Shown one piece after another: positions 1 through 13,800 of a stretch of 63,592 bases of DNA. The notes below the pieces were generated by a model. The model worked only from the letters and a program-made list of their open reading frames with translations. It ran no database searches and was not told the origin of the DNA. The translations under genes and the position numbers were made by a program. This stretch comes from Oculina patagonica (taxonomy: Eukaryota), in NCBI RefSeq assembly GCF_052425735.1, contig NC_135761.1, positions 63,178,001 to 63,241,592 on the forward strand, written 5' to 3'. How positions within the stretch are numbered: position 1 is the stretch's first letter; each line of letters begins with the position of its first letter.

Positions 1-506
1 AAAAAAAGCGGACTTTTTTAATGTTTAAGTGCTGTTTGGTAACATATTTTTACAAAATAGAAATAATAATTAGAACATGCGGTGGATGAATACCTCTAAA
101 AGCGTAAATTTACCTTGTTTAATTTTTCTCATTTACCCTCTAGTGAAGAGGGTGGCTTATTAAAACTGTACTTCCAGCTCTTACGGTATAGGGCTGGGGA
201 AGTAGAGGGAAAGACCATATTCGATTCCTTCCCCCCCCCCCCCCCCCTCTCCCCCACTCTTCAAAAATCTCCAAGACAAGACCCCGCTCGGTACGTAGGC
301 TATAAACAACAAATGTTACAAACGACGAAAATATTCAGTATCAGTAGTATTTGGGTGGCTGGCATATTTTAATAATTCTTTTTTGCTGTCGTAAAGTGTT
401 TGATGAAAGAAAAACATCTCGGCCGGTATTAATCGGGCATTCGGGCTCCTCGGAGAAAAATGAGTCCAACTAACGGGGCTTTATTTCACATGTTTCAAGT
501 TTTCCC

Positions 507-653
507 TAGTCCAGTTCCTGAACTCTCTCTTCCACGCGCCCTTTATAGGGGCTGAACCCAGGCGCGCGCAGAGAGAGCGTCTCATTCGCGCGCCTGGGTT
601 CAGCCCCTATAAAGGGCGCGTGGCCTGGAAGGGAGAGTTCAGGAACTGGACTA
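507..653. mobile_element. Short palindromic MITE with 9-bp target-site duplication
   Basis: Near-complete hairpin tagtccagttcctgaactct...agagttcaggaactggacta; agttttccc repeated at 498-506 and 654-662. Confidence 0.85.
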
Positions 654-2641
654 AGTTTTCCCCTGAATTTGCAAACTCTTTACGACAGCTTCAATTTGAC
701 GATTAACCTCAGTACCGTTTGGCGATTGTACCTAGGTCTTTTGGAATTCTGGTCTTGTTGCCTTTCTATCTCAACCAAAAAGGTACGGTAACCCAATTTT
801 AATTTTAGGTGCGTTCATTATCCGACACAAACAGAGGTACCGGGAACAACTAAAGCTTTTAGGTGTTGTGTAGTTTCAAAACAGCATTATCTGGTTAATC
901 AACAAAGTAGTCCAAATCATTGCTGAATTACTTCTCTCCTTTTTCTGCGAACATTTCGGATAAAAGAACGGAGACTGTAACAAATTTCATAATAATTTGT
1001 CAAATTGTCTCTTTAAATTATTATAATACTTACTTCGCTATATACGTTTTCGGTTTCTACCATATAAAGGTCTCCATTACGTTATCGTGACTATGATTAA
1101 CGCATTAACCCTTGTTCTTTTTAGTTTCTTGTAATCATAATTTATAAATTAATGTCACTGTGTTTTTTCCTTTTTATGTTTCTTGCAGGATTAGTTCATC
1201 CTGATTATCATAAATGATCGTACTGTATTTTTATTTTCAGTCTCTGATCATTTTGGCTTGGTAAGTTATGTCGATCAGCGTGTTCTTTTAAGTCCCCTAT
1301 TATATTACATCTCAGTCTAGCTCGCGAGGTCCGCAGTGTGCTATACGAACAACGATTTTTCGCGAGGCAAAAACGAAATCAATAAAATGTTTAACGTATC
1401 TTTTGATCTGGAGAAAGGAAGGCATTTTAAGTTGTAAACGCGCGGAAACAAACGTTCTGTTGAAAACAGACCGTAAAAATTGACCGATCTTAGGCGTAGT
1501 GCTAACTAATCTAGGGGTACAATAAGATGCTATTTCCTTTGTTCTTTTAGTTGTTCAGTCTTGGTCATTAGAGTGTGGTAGCTAGTGTAGGTAGATGTTG
1601 CATGTAAGGTCTGCGCTGAAATTAGATGCCAAAATGGTATAACTCAGTCATTTTAACCAATCCATTTTTGGATCTAGTTAATTGAGATTGCTTGAATCTT
1701 TGTGTTTGGTGGAACAAAATGAAAAAGTTTATTCGACGTCAAAACTGAAGGACAGAAAATATGAACAGAAAACCCCACGATCACTGCGGTTTTATACACA
1801 GAAATATTATGTTTCTTATGCAGAAACCATCTTTTTTGAAATATGAACGTATTGTTAAAATCTCTGGACATTTGTAAAGTGTATATTCAAATTATTTTGC
1901 TCTAATTCCGCATTGTCGTATGTTTAAATTAAGAAATCTGCGCACTGGTAGCTATATTTTAACATAGCAAAGTAAATAGCACCTGTTGCTTATTGCAATC
2001 AAAAATACTTTACAGGAAAGCTTCGAAGTCGTAAGCAATGAGAAACAACAATCACTTTCCTGAAAATTGTTCTCACGTTCATTTTATACGCCCATTATGC
2101 CTGGCTAACATTTCCATGACTGGTGTGTAATTTGGTATTGAAGAAAACATTAATGCATCTCCTTTTAATCCAGTTTTTTCAAATAGCACAAAAGCCACAT
2201 CACCAATATTTCAAGCACGATATCTCTCTAAGCTTTCAACCAAATTAATTTTCTCTTATTTTCAGGATTGAGAAAAACACCATTCTCTGCGATCCGCGAA
2301 TTAAACCTAAAACATATTACTGCTGTAGATCAATTGTCTAAGTCTCGGTTCCAGACCCCTTTCATACAATATATAAATAGTTGCCAAAAATTTTATCGGT
2401 CATACTTTTGAAAATGTATGTAGCTTAGCATACGAAACGTCAAGTTTATAAAAATGCGATTTTTCATAATGTTTATCACCGCTGTTTGTGTTATATTTTT
2501 AATCAAGTTACGATGGCCTAAAACCAAGAGTCCATATTAAATGTATTAAATCGTTGACCTATTGCCAATATATAATATGAGTTGATTTTCTCATAAATAT
2601 AAATTGATACCATCCGGCCACATTCATATTAAATGAATAGT

Positions 2642-2710
2642 CATTCTCGTTCCCAGAGCCCGCGTCCCGACCGCTGGTCCAGGGGGACGCGGGATCTGGG
2701 AACGAGAATG
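2642..2710. mobile_element. Short palindromic MITE (cattctcgttcccaga TIR)
   Basis: TIRs cattctcgttcccaga / tctgggaacgagaatg; flanks atgaatagt / atgaatact (8 of 9 match); related degenerate copy near 24677-24753. Confidence 0.75.
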
Positions 2711-2731
2711 ATGAATACTGAGTACGCTGAT

Positions 2732-3105
2732 ATTCGCTTTTTTCACGATCCCATAATACATCTTGTTTTATTTAAATAACCCCCCAAAATTTTTGCATAA
2801 GCATTGTTTTCAATTTCTCTGGGGACGATTGCACGTCACTGTAAATCCCAAGAGAAATTGAAAACAATGCTTATGCAAAAATTTTGGGGGGTAAACAAGA
2901 TGTATTATGGGAACTAATTCGCTGTTTTCACCGTTCCCATAATACATCTTGTTTACCCCCCAAAATTTTTGCATAAGCATTGTTTTCAATTTCTCTTGGG
3001 ATTTACAATGACGTACAATCGTCCCAAGAGAAATTGAAAACAATGCTTATGCAAAAATTTTGGGGGGTAAACAAGATGTATTATGGGATCGTGAAAAAAG
3101 CGAAT
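2732..3105. mobile_element. Dimer of a ~185-bp hairpin (MITE-like) element
   Basis: Outer TIR attcgcttttttcacgatcccataatacatcttgttt / aaacaagatgtattatgggatcgtgaaaaaagcgaat; two internal palindromic units with mutually inverted loops. Confidence 0.8.
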
Positions 3106-5891
3106 TCAATGAATTCTTCCTAGACTGCGCATGCACGACAGTTTATTGTTTTTAGAGACAACATGAGGCTTGTTGAATCTTCGTACAGTCCGCCATATTG
3201 TCATTTTAACAAACAGCCTGAAGAAGATCAGTGAAACTGATCGGAACGTCGAATTTTAAACATTCTTAACCTCGGAAAAGATCCCGGAAAACAGTGAATA
3301 ATTTTAATTTCTTAAGATGAGAGGTGTAAGTTTTAGAAATAGGATTAGGATTCGTACTTTATGTTTGTGATTTGTACACTGATTTTAAAAATTCGTTGTT
3401 TTTTTTTTCGAACGAATTGTTTTCATAACCATTTACACATTGCGCACACGAAATATAGTCAACAGTACGTTTAGTGTCAAAACAAACTTACTGAAGAAGG
3501 AATTCATCACTATAAAGCATCTGCTGATTATATGGTAAAAATTCTATGTATAGCATAAAATGGGTCGTTCAGGTCCGTTAACATAAAGTCTTAGTTGAAA
3601 TGAGTTTACAAATTGAAAATTCGTGATTAAATAATGCGAGTAAAAATTAAAGCATGAAACAAGTTTGAAAACATATTCAATTTAACGGCTTTTAAACATG
3701 CTTAAGTTTTAGTTCAGGACGTTATTTTTATTTTCGTGCTGTTAATGCACCTGTCGCCAATTCATGTGAAGTGTTTAAAGTTTGACGGCAGTTAATTGAA
3801 GCCGTCCACCAATGGGAAGCAAGAAAATTAAAATGCGTTCCTTTATTAACGTGATCACAACTGACTTAATGAGCTAGTGTCACATGACCACCTATAAGGT
3901 TGGGATCGAGAAATTCAGAAATTGTAAACAGACAAGGCAAACTTCAGTTCTCAGAAATTCAGGAACATGTGTCGTTTGAACTAGGCAAGAACTCTTCCTC
4001 GGCAAACATGTAAGTCGTTAGTTTTGTAGCTCAGTTTGGTTTTGGTATTAAACTATACACGCAAGTTATATATTTTCACCGCGGAGGAGAAAAAACAAAC
4101 TTTCTGAAATATATTTAAAATCGTGACTAATTGATTTTCAGTTTGAACCTAGAAAAAGTTTGCCCTGGATCCTTTATGAGAATTTCACACTATGAATACA
4201 CGAGCAATTCTAACTACTGAAAACAATTTCGGTTGTAAGTCATTAATCGCTTTCTGAAGAGGAATCTGTTTATACATCGGACGTTCAGTGCCGTTATCTA
4301 TTATTTTATTTTTATTCTCAAGATGTGAACTGTGGCAAGTCAGTATGATCCGAGAAAAAACTATCGAACATCGTACAAAATAATAAATCATAAAGTTCCA
4401 CTGAACATATTCCACACTACAGATCTATATTATGATAAAATTTCATTCCGGATGGTCTTGAAGCACATTTAAGTTCGATAGCAGAAAGGTATGCAAATAA
4501 CTTCTCTTCATTAAATATTCTTCACGGAACATGAATCAGCTTTTTCTCACATTTAAATTGTCTTCGTTTATCTTTTTTCCACGCATTTGCTGTGCTTATT
4601 TGTGACGCACTTGAATTTGATCTGCACGTTTGGGGTATGCATGTACGGTTTTCTTACAACCTCAACAATTATATCTTTTCCTTGCGGAGTCAAGTAAAAG
4701 TCATAAGATCGAGGTTGGATAATGACAGGTAATCAGAAATCGTTCGGGTAATACAGTTAACTAGTTTTTTAGGAGTTTAAAACATCTGTTCAGAAAGCAA
4801 TCCGTTGAAGTTTTCTTGGAGCACTTGGCGATCGCTCACTACATCGGTTATTACATTGTTCTATAAATGGCAATATTTGCACCAAGTTTGTTACTGTCGC
4901 CGGCCGTTCTGGGCAATCTCCCAATCTTTTTCCTTAATCAGTTTTTCCGCCTCCATGAAAGCTTCTTGGGCCTTCTTAGCTTCTTAGCTTTAAGTGGCAA
5001 TCGGTAACGGAATATTAATACTAAGTTCTGTTTCCCGCGACAAGGAATGCATGCAATTATTTAAAAATAGTCAATACATAACACATTGATTCGCTTACCG
5101 TTCGAGGTCTATATCAAAACAAATTACGACAGTTCGTGGCAAGGTTGTTTCAGTTCTTTCTGATCGTTAACTAGCGTATTAGATGGCTGTTAAACTCGTC
5201 GTAAACTCATAATCAAAATCAGATCCGTTATTTTCTCATTTTCAGTCTAATAAATTTCCGGTTCCAAGTAGCTAGCTAATTAATAGCTGCTCGAAATTTG
5301 GTTGGTTCTCGTATTTATTTTAAGATATTATTTAATGTGTTAATTGCGATACACGCATCGAATTATATGAAGGGAAAATATATAATATACCCACCGAAAA
5401 GCAGGTTCGTAGCGATTACATGCAATTGCGATCATATTTTTTTTATACCCGCCAACTTTATTTCTTTTTCATTTCTCGCTCACAGTCCCAGCTGACAACC
5501 ATGTCGCCAGTCAGTTGGAATTACCGTCATTTGCGCAGACTCAGTTTCTTGTCTAGAATTGGTTCGAGTCTACACATTTTTCGAAAGTTCGTCAGTCAGG
5601 CCGCCGTCTGTGTTTACAGACTACCCGCAGGCGTAAGAGTTGGATGGTATATCATCATGTTGAAACTTTGTCTTATTTACATTTTATGAACAGACGACGA
5701 AAAAGCTGCCGAAAAACTGCACGAGAAATGGTCGAAATAGGTAAACGATAACACATCCAAGTGTTGAAATCCTATGTCGATTGTTGTCGCTTAATTTCAG
5801 AGTTTGTCTTCAGCACATTTAAGTCTGCATTAATTACTATAATGATGACTGTTTGTGGGAATGAAATCAATTAATTCAAGGCATACATAGG

Positions 5892-5945
5892 TACCCTGGG
5901 TTCCAGAGGGTTCGCCGAAAAAAAAACCCTCTGGCACCCAGGGTA
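5892..5945. mobile_element. 54-bp palindromic mini-element
   Basis: taccctgggttccagaggg...ccctctggcacccagggta; flanks atacatagg / acacatagg. Confidence 0.6.
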
Positions 5946-7697
5946 ACACATAGGCCGTGCTTTTCAAACCTAGACCGAAAGAGCAGATGACAATTCTTTT
6001 TGTCTTTCTAAAAAAAATATTTGGGGTGGGGGTAAGCCTGCGAACAGGCTCCCAATAATGGGCAGGGCGAGAAAAAAAATCGGCGGGCAAAGCGAGCTGG
6101 CCACGCCTCGAGTAACTCTAACAAATCTCTCGTGCTCTCCAACTTTCCCGCGTGCATCCATAACGCCAGTTATACGCACGCTAAGATAAACCAGCTGGGC
6201 AATTGGAAACCAAACAGAGACCGGTGCCCGCTATTTTGAATCCAATTTCCAATTTAAAGTAAATGAAATGGGGAGCAATTTTTGGGATGTAATTAGTGAG
6301 GGTGAGCGCTCTATAACTTTTATTGATGATTCATTTCCCCATATCAAGCAACAAACCAAAATAAAAACAAACATTACCTATTTTTAAACTGCGTATACGA
6401 AACCGGTTTTTCTTCACGTTCCCATGCTTCTTAACACTTAAGCCCGCGAACACAGACCAATGTGTTACTGTTTACACACAAAATCAATCTGCGTATGCTG
6501 GTTTTATCAGATTCATCCAATTCCTGCCCGACCTGCCTACTCTCACTTATCCAAACCACTAAATAATCCAAATTGGCCTAAATTGTTTTGTAGCCTGCGA
6601 AGAAAGCAATGGTATATTACTCCTAACGTTAACCACTTGCTTTTAATAATTTCGTAAGCTATGTTCACTATAGCGGACAGTTCCTGCTTGCTTTTTCGAT
6701 GCTTCGGATTACTGATACTACTTTTTTTTTAATATTATGCAAAAAAATTCAACCATACCTTAAAAAAAATCCGATTACAGAAAAAATATTTTTGTTGAGT
6801 TGAATTTCATTCTGGGATTTCTGGAGATTACCAAATACTTGACTTCTACAAGTAGTAGCTAATTTGGCGGCTAAGGAAGTAATCGAGCAAAAAAATGACA
6901 AAGATGAAAAACCATTTACTAAAAACGTGCGAGAGACATACTGAAGGATTTAGCAAGCGAGGAAGCATTGCTGAAACGGTTAGGAAATTAATTGTTTCCT
7001 TAAGTGTCCGCTCTTGCAACACGAAATTTGCTTCCAGTTTCCGATGACGATTTTTTTTTCTTGATCAACGACTTGTTTCCGCCATAAAGTGTTTCCTCGT
7101 TCGCTCACCAAGGAAACAAAGTTGACTAGATTCTACGTTATAATGTTGCTTGTCTTTCGAAAACGTTTCTTGCAATTTCCATTTTAAGGAAGTATAACAT
7201 TTATTTGTTGTTTTCCATTATTTGTCGTTCACTAGCAACACTTCCTCGTATCCGCGAGTGTGTGACCAGCGGTTTTATTTCTGGACAGGAAGTTGTAACT
7301 TACGTCACCGCGTGACCACCATTGTCATGCAAGTTGTGATTTGCATTTTTGCCGGAACGTATATTTGCATGCAATTTGTTTTTTATGACAAGTTGCGTCG
7401 AATTCTTTTATTTCGTTCGTAACGGGAAATCGATCAGTTCAGCTGGAATAACCAGAGTTTTACGCGGTTACTGATCCTTGGTTTGAATTCCCATCGATCG
7501 AAATGTCGTGAGTTTGGAAGAAAACTTCATCTAGACGCTTATCGACGAATGCAGTCGCCATTTCGCAGCTATTCTAACTCCTACGGGCTCCTACGCTTCT
7601 AATTCAGGACGATTTTTCAGATTACCTTTTCAGATCTTGGATCAAGAACAGAGGTTTACCTCTTGAAGATTAAAAGAGGATAATAAGAGCACGAACA

Positions 7698-7858
7698 ATG
7701 CGGTACTTTGTGTTAGCTTCCCTGTTTGCCGTTATATGCGGGACAGCCGCTCAAACTCCAGCAAACTGCGAATATCATTCGGATGGCAAGAAACTGGTTT
7801 GTGAAGACATCATCGGCCCGTCCTTCGTCCAGGGTATTGCAGAATCTACCGAGCTTAT
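7698..7858 (+). CDS. Receptor exon 1: signal peptide plus LRRNT-like cap
   Basis: [18 protein letters not shown]|[35 protein letters not shown]; hydrophobic leader; donor gtaagt at 7859 (phase 2). Confidence 0.75.
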
Positions 7859-10800
7859 GTAAGTATCAGTTTGGTTCGGTAAAAGTGTTGTGTTTGTGTG
7901 TCGTTTCAAAAGCTATGACCATGATTTGCCTTTTATTTGTTGTCGCGTGCAAAACAACAGTTGCTCGCTTTAACAGAATAATTTGTACTTACGAGACTGG
8001 CCGACTGACCGTGTTCGAAGTCTAAAATGTCATCAGTTCCCCTGAATTCTGTAGTTACTCCTGAATTTGTTGTCTCGTGTTTTGAATCAAACCCAATATC
8101 GAGAATTAAGTTGATACTAAAGTTAACCACATGGGGATCGATCAAATTTATTTACACCGTATTAAAATTATTATTATTCGAACGAAGCTGCTTATAACTT
8201 TAATAAAGGCAAAAATAATCATGTAGTGAGTTTGAAACGCCTCAGTCTGATCAAGATGTGTAATGAGTTTATTTTTTCAAATGTTATGGACGCGAAATTC
8301 GTGAAGAATGATGCCATCTCATGACTTGCCGACTAAATATTGAGCCGACAACGAAAAGGTTTTTTGCAATGGACAAATTATACCTTTAACGTGAAATGTT
8401 AAAGTTATTGCGTAATTAACTGGCATAATTTTAATGGTTTTATCCCCGCAAATCGTAAATTTAGGCTTTACTTCTCTGTACTACAGCGATGAATAGAAAA
8501 AGTAAGAATTTGATTCCAATCGAATCCTTGACTACCTATGAATTTCACCTTTATGGTGCTGTAGTACCTTCGATTTGATTTTCACTCTCGAGGATGTCAC
8601 TTCACTGCATTTTGAATAAGCGGGGAGAAAAACGGAAATAAAGTTATTCACGATACTTCACCGAAAGCATGAAAGTTTCTTCTAACTTTATGTTAGCATT
8701 TTATTTTTCCAATCATTTGGGACTGAAGGAAATGCGACTTAAGATGCCGTACTTCCTTGTTTTGGTAAAAATAGGAACTCGTCATATCAAAAGTGACATC
8801 TGTTTGTGTACGGGTTGCCTCGTCAACAATTTTTACCCTGTTCTATTTGAATAAATATTTTTATTCATTATAAATTTCCCAATTTATGACAGTATACATA
8901 TGAAAAGCGAAAACGTTACTTACAAGTTGCTTTTCTAGTTCTGAAAATTACTACTAAACCTCTTTACGTACTGTCTCCAAGAGTTTCTCAGAAATGCTGT
9001 ACAAAAGTAGCAGAATTTTCTGTTAAAATTGGTTCTTCAGAATTTTCTGACTCTCTGAAACGCATTCTAGTCCTAGCAGAGTATGTAGTGGACGTAAAAC
9101 TTACTGAACGAAACACTTTTTACGAGAATAGGTCTGTATCCTAAGCTTTAACAGGGTGGGTGCAGTCTGGACGGGAAGTAACATGACCCAGGATTTGAAC
9201 TCGTTTCAGTCCAAAAAACTATTTTAGACGATCATGTTTCTAAAGCTGTGAAGCGCGACGAGTCGTGTATTTCAAAGCCGCCTCCTTTATCAAGTGCTGT
9301 AATTATGGATTGAATGCTTCTTAAGTCATAGGAAGTGGCGCCATGTATCTCACTGAAATGATTAATTGCTTGTGGTTTCGGATCTCTCGACTCCGGGTTG
9401 CATACATGTAGTTTCGCGTTATGAAGATGTCTTTGTTTTGAAACTTGCGATATTAAACAGAGTACATCGTTAGAGTTATTTAACAACAGTGGTAAAATGC
9501 AAACCAATATATCTGATCACATATATCATAACGAAATGTTTCAATTTGACTTCGGTTTAAAAATAATCTCGGAAAAAGGTAACATTGCATCTGTTGCGTC
9601 GAAATTTTTAAGCTTCTATCGTGCTATCGTGTACGAGAGTTTATTAATACAGTACTACAGTGCGCTGACGTTATATTTTTGTGGTTTGGATTTTAAGAAA
9701 TGTTGCGTGTTTCTTCGTGTGTATTTAAAAAACTTTTAATTTATTTGCAAAATACAGTCTGTTGCTATGAGATGTCTGAACAACATCCGTCATGTCTGGT
9801 TCGATTCAATTTCACTCCAGTCATTCCTAAAAAAAATTAATTTTAATTTTTAGAATTTTTAAAAAGCATGCTTCTTTTCTTATAATAATCTAACAGTTGC
9901 CGTTAAATTGCATTCCGCAGTTTTCTTCAAAGAGCAGACATTTACCGAAGGCACAAATATTAAGTCACTTTAAAGCAACTATAAATATAAAATGCACGAC
10001 AGAAAGTGAAGTTTATTTACCTTTCTGGTGTTATTTATTTTATTTACAAAAGGCAAAAATTTGAACGTTCCAAGTTCCTTCCTTTGAGTGTTTTGTATTT
10101 GAACAAACCAAGTCTTTCTCTCTGCTGACAAACTAACTTAAAGCAGATAAAATAGAGTTTTTGTAGCATCAATATTCACAACATTTGTTTGCATGTTTTG
10201 CCACGTTCTTCAGCACAAACAACGAATATTCCTTTTGTTTTCAGAACAATACTTTGACTTGATCGTTTGTGACGTCTTTACGACGTTTTCGTACTGTTGT
10301 TGCACGAAAGACGTTATATCCGTTGTTTAATTACAATTTCTGCTCCATTTTTTCCTAGTAATGACCGAGCAACGTTAAGATTTATAAACAAACGCCAATA
10401 TAACCATGACAGTGTAAAATGTTAAGAACAAAGGTAATGGTTGATCACCTTTTGACATGACGTGCTGAGTCACAAACGCCCACATAAGCCGCTTCACACG
10501 GACCGCTTCACACAAACCATGCGTGACGTATCCCCTTCTCATGCAGCCGTTTTCTGAATGTCACGCAACATTTAGGGGGAGCGTTGCGTGACATCCCAAA
10601 AACGGCTTCGAAGGAGACTATGCGTGACACTAACTGATAAGCGTGCGTAACTGGCGGGATTTCGTGTGCGAGTGCTTTGTTTCTTGCACAGAGCCTATTT
10701 TTGAAAGGTAGAAACTTCTTGTGGCTGCTTCAAGTTACAATTTTTGGACGTTGTTGATGTCAAGACATTTTTAAATTGTACGCGTTTGTCATTTACGCCA

Positions 10801-13800
10801 CAACATAACAGTATGACGTTACAGTTTTGTAATTGAGCGTTCTTAGAGTTATGTCACCCAACACTGGACAGTTGGATTCAAATGAAACTACTATAGTCCC
10901 TGATAGTCGTTTCCCTTTATATAGAGCATTTTGTTGTAAGCCTGTTTGAAAAGTGAAAAGGGTAGTAGCAGGAGGAAGAGGGGTGGAATGCGTTACGTAT
11001 GTTTTGTTGTGACATTACACTTCCTCTCTTTTCTACAGTGTTTTCACATCAAACGCTTTGGCTTGTGACTGCGCTTTGAAAAGTCTGCTTCAGTGGAAAG
11101 AACGCATATCATTGACAAGGGACATTGCTTTAGAAGGAGTCTGTTTTTCTCCAGAGTATCCACAGGGCAGATCTATTGATGATCTCTCTTCCACAGAGAT
11201 TCCATGTGGTAAGCAAGTCATTACAGTGAGCAGGATGCGCAATGCATCTGGCAAACAAGCGATCGTTGGGCAAAAATAACTGACTTGTATGCCGCAGGCC
11301 ATGCGGAAACTGAAACAACGAAATATAAAAAATAAGTGCAAACATAGCAACTACGAAACTGAAGTAAACAAAAAAAACAACTTATTCACCAATTGTGACG
11401 ATTAAATTTCTGGCATTTCGTAAACTATAATAATCAGTAAAAAAAATGAAAGCAGAAACTGAATTGAAACAGAATTAATACGTGACGAATTTTGGAGACC
11501 AAAATTTGCGGCTTACCAACAATTGAAAATGACAAGCGAAAAATAAAACCCAATAATTGACCAAACTAATACTAACATCCCTTGGGAAAGCTCTGCTGAA
11601 ATCGCTTTAAAACTGCACATGCACACACAAACAGGAAATAGAACACGTTGTACGGTCCGTTGTACGTGTTGTAGCCGGGGCGGTCGATGTAGTCGAATCA
11701 AGTAATAACAGTTCAAACACATTTCATGAAAATTCACAATTTTGGGTTGTTGTAGGGCAAAGACTAAATTATCTCAGAAAATGTAACAAGGCGACGCCTG
11801 AAGCTCGAAGCCAGACCACAGGTGTGCAACTGGAAATAGGTCCTTACTGCATTTCAAGCAGCAAAAACTAATAATTAATTTTTGAGTTTCAGGCGTTGAT
11901 GATGCAGTGCTTCTGCGAAAGAGACGCGCAGGTAAGACATGTGCTCTCAGCGAATTCCACCTTCCTGTCATTAACTGGACACTCAGTTGCACGCTGCACT
12001 AAAACGGCACTAGTTTATATCCTTTATAGGTTCTCAAACTATCTTCTCCGTTTGCTGAGCTCGTCAAAAGATTTAAGAGACTCGTGTTAACACTTAGCAT
12101 TTTAAATATTCTGCCCTAGCGAAAATGAGCCGTCCAGCAACTTTACCCATGGCTGTTTATCTCGTCGTAACGCATATCGCTTAGGCCAATCACATGCAAG
12201 ATCAAAACCACGTGATTTTTTCCCGCGCTTTACCACCGGCGACATGTCTTTACTTCGACTTCTGTTTGGTTACTACACCCTGCCTTTTCCTAAAGTCAGT
12301 GTAGAGTTTCTGCGCTACAGTTTGGGCGCCAACCGGTGGCAGGAAGTAAACTTACAGTTGATAAGCAGTTTATTGAGTAACCGTTTTGTTTTTGTTCTAT
12401 TGCAGTTGACGATAGCCAAAATGAGACGCTGTCAAGTGGAAACAGAACTCTTACACCAGGTACCGATTGTGCTCGTCTCAGTCCCCCTGCACAGTCACAC
12501 TGGCTCGAGGTTGTTTTGAAACAGCCTGGCTCAGAAGAAATTTCTAGTCCAAACGAAGGCAGCATTTTGCTAAAAATTGGAGTCGCACACTTGCAAGCCC
12601 TGCTTTTTCTCTAAGTCGATAACCTCGCTGATTCAGAATTGAAACTAAACCACGGCCTAACCGTCTTATTTCATTGCCTGTTCTATTACAAAGCCAACGT
12701 TGCAGACTGTTTTGAAAAACGAAGAAAAAATTAAGTCAAACGTGAGTCACACACAAAAACCCTTCTGAGTGCTATATGATAAAGTGCACCATTGAAGAGA
12801 CGTATTAATTGATGTGTGTAACGCTTGGTTTGTAGGTGCGCCTGTATGGCCATGTGATTTTGAGGACGGATTCTGTCAGTGGTTTCAGTTACATGATGCA
12901 GAATTTACCTGGACGAGGCACCAAGGACCAACACCCTCCCAGAATACTGGGCCTGACGTAGACCATACTACGGGAAAATGTGAGTAACTCAGAAAAATGA
13001 ACATGATACCAACATACAAACTGACGGTAAAGTTTCCACTTTTTTACAAACCAAGCTCCCAGTATATAGCGAACCTCCTAAAAATAGCTTTCTGGCGAGA
13101 AAAAAGTGTTTAGAGTGAGATGTGCTCAAAACGGTGATAATAACGTTACCCTGGTTTTGATAAATCCAGACATGTATTAATCACAACAAAACTTCCATTT
13201 CTTAAGAAAGTGCATGCATTCCTGTATACCTGTCTAGAATTTTACTTTAATTATAATGATCAGCATTCACCATTACCGAGCTATTTTAAAACTAACTTCC
13301 CTTTCCTCTGTCACACAGCTAAAGGATATTACATTTACATTGAGACCTCTTTGCCTCGCCGTCGTCACCACAAGGCCCGGCTAGTTAGCCCAACACTTGC
13401 TGCAGTGCAACCTAACAGCACTTGCCAGGTTAGTAAAGCTTCATTTTCATTGTTCTAAACCTTCTCTTTCACTCAAACATGCAAATGTGTATTACATCGC
13501 CACTAATGTCACGCAATCAACCTGCGTGTGTTACATGGCCGCCGCTTATGTCACGCAATCCACCTGCGTGGGTCACGCAAGTCCGATTTACGTGAATTTT
13601 TTTATTTTTTTATTTCACAGATGGACTTGTACGTCCACATGAAAGGCTCCCACATCGGTGCGCTCAATATTTACCAAGCGCCAGTTGTTGGTTTTGCAGT
13701 GAAGAAGTTGTCACTCTCAAGTAACCACGGCCAACACTGGTTTAAACAACAAATACAGTTTGACAGCCAAACAGAATTTCAGGTTCGTAAATCGTGAAGT

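Noticed and set aside
1189-1260. Isolated splice-like signals (acceptors 1188/1240, donor 1261; also donor 4010)
   Set aside because: No coding frame; could be non-coding exons but unsupported without transcripts.
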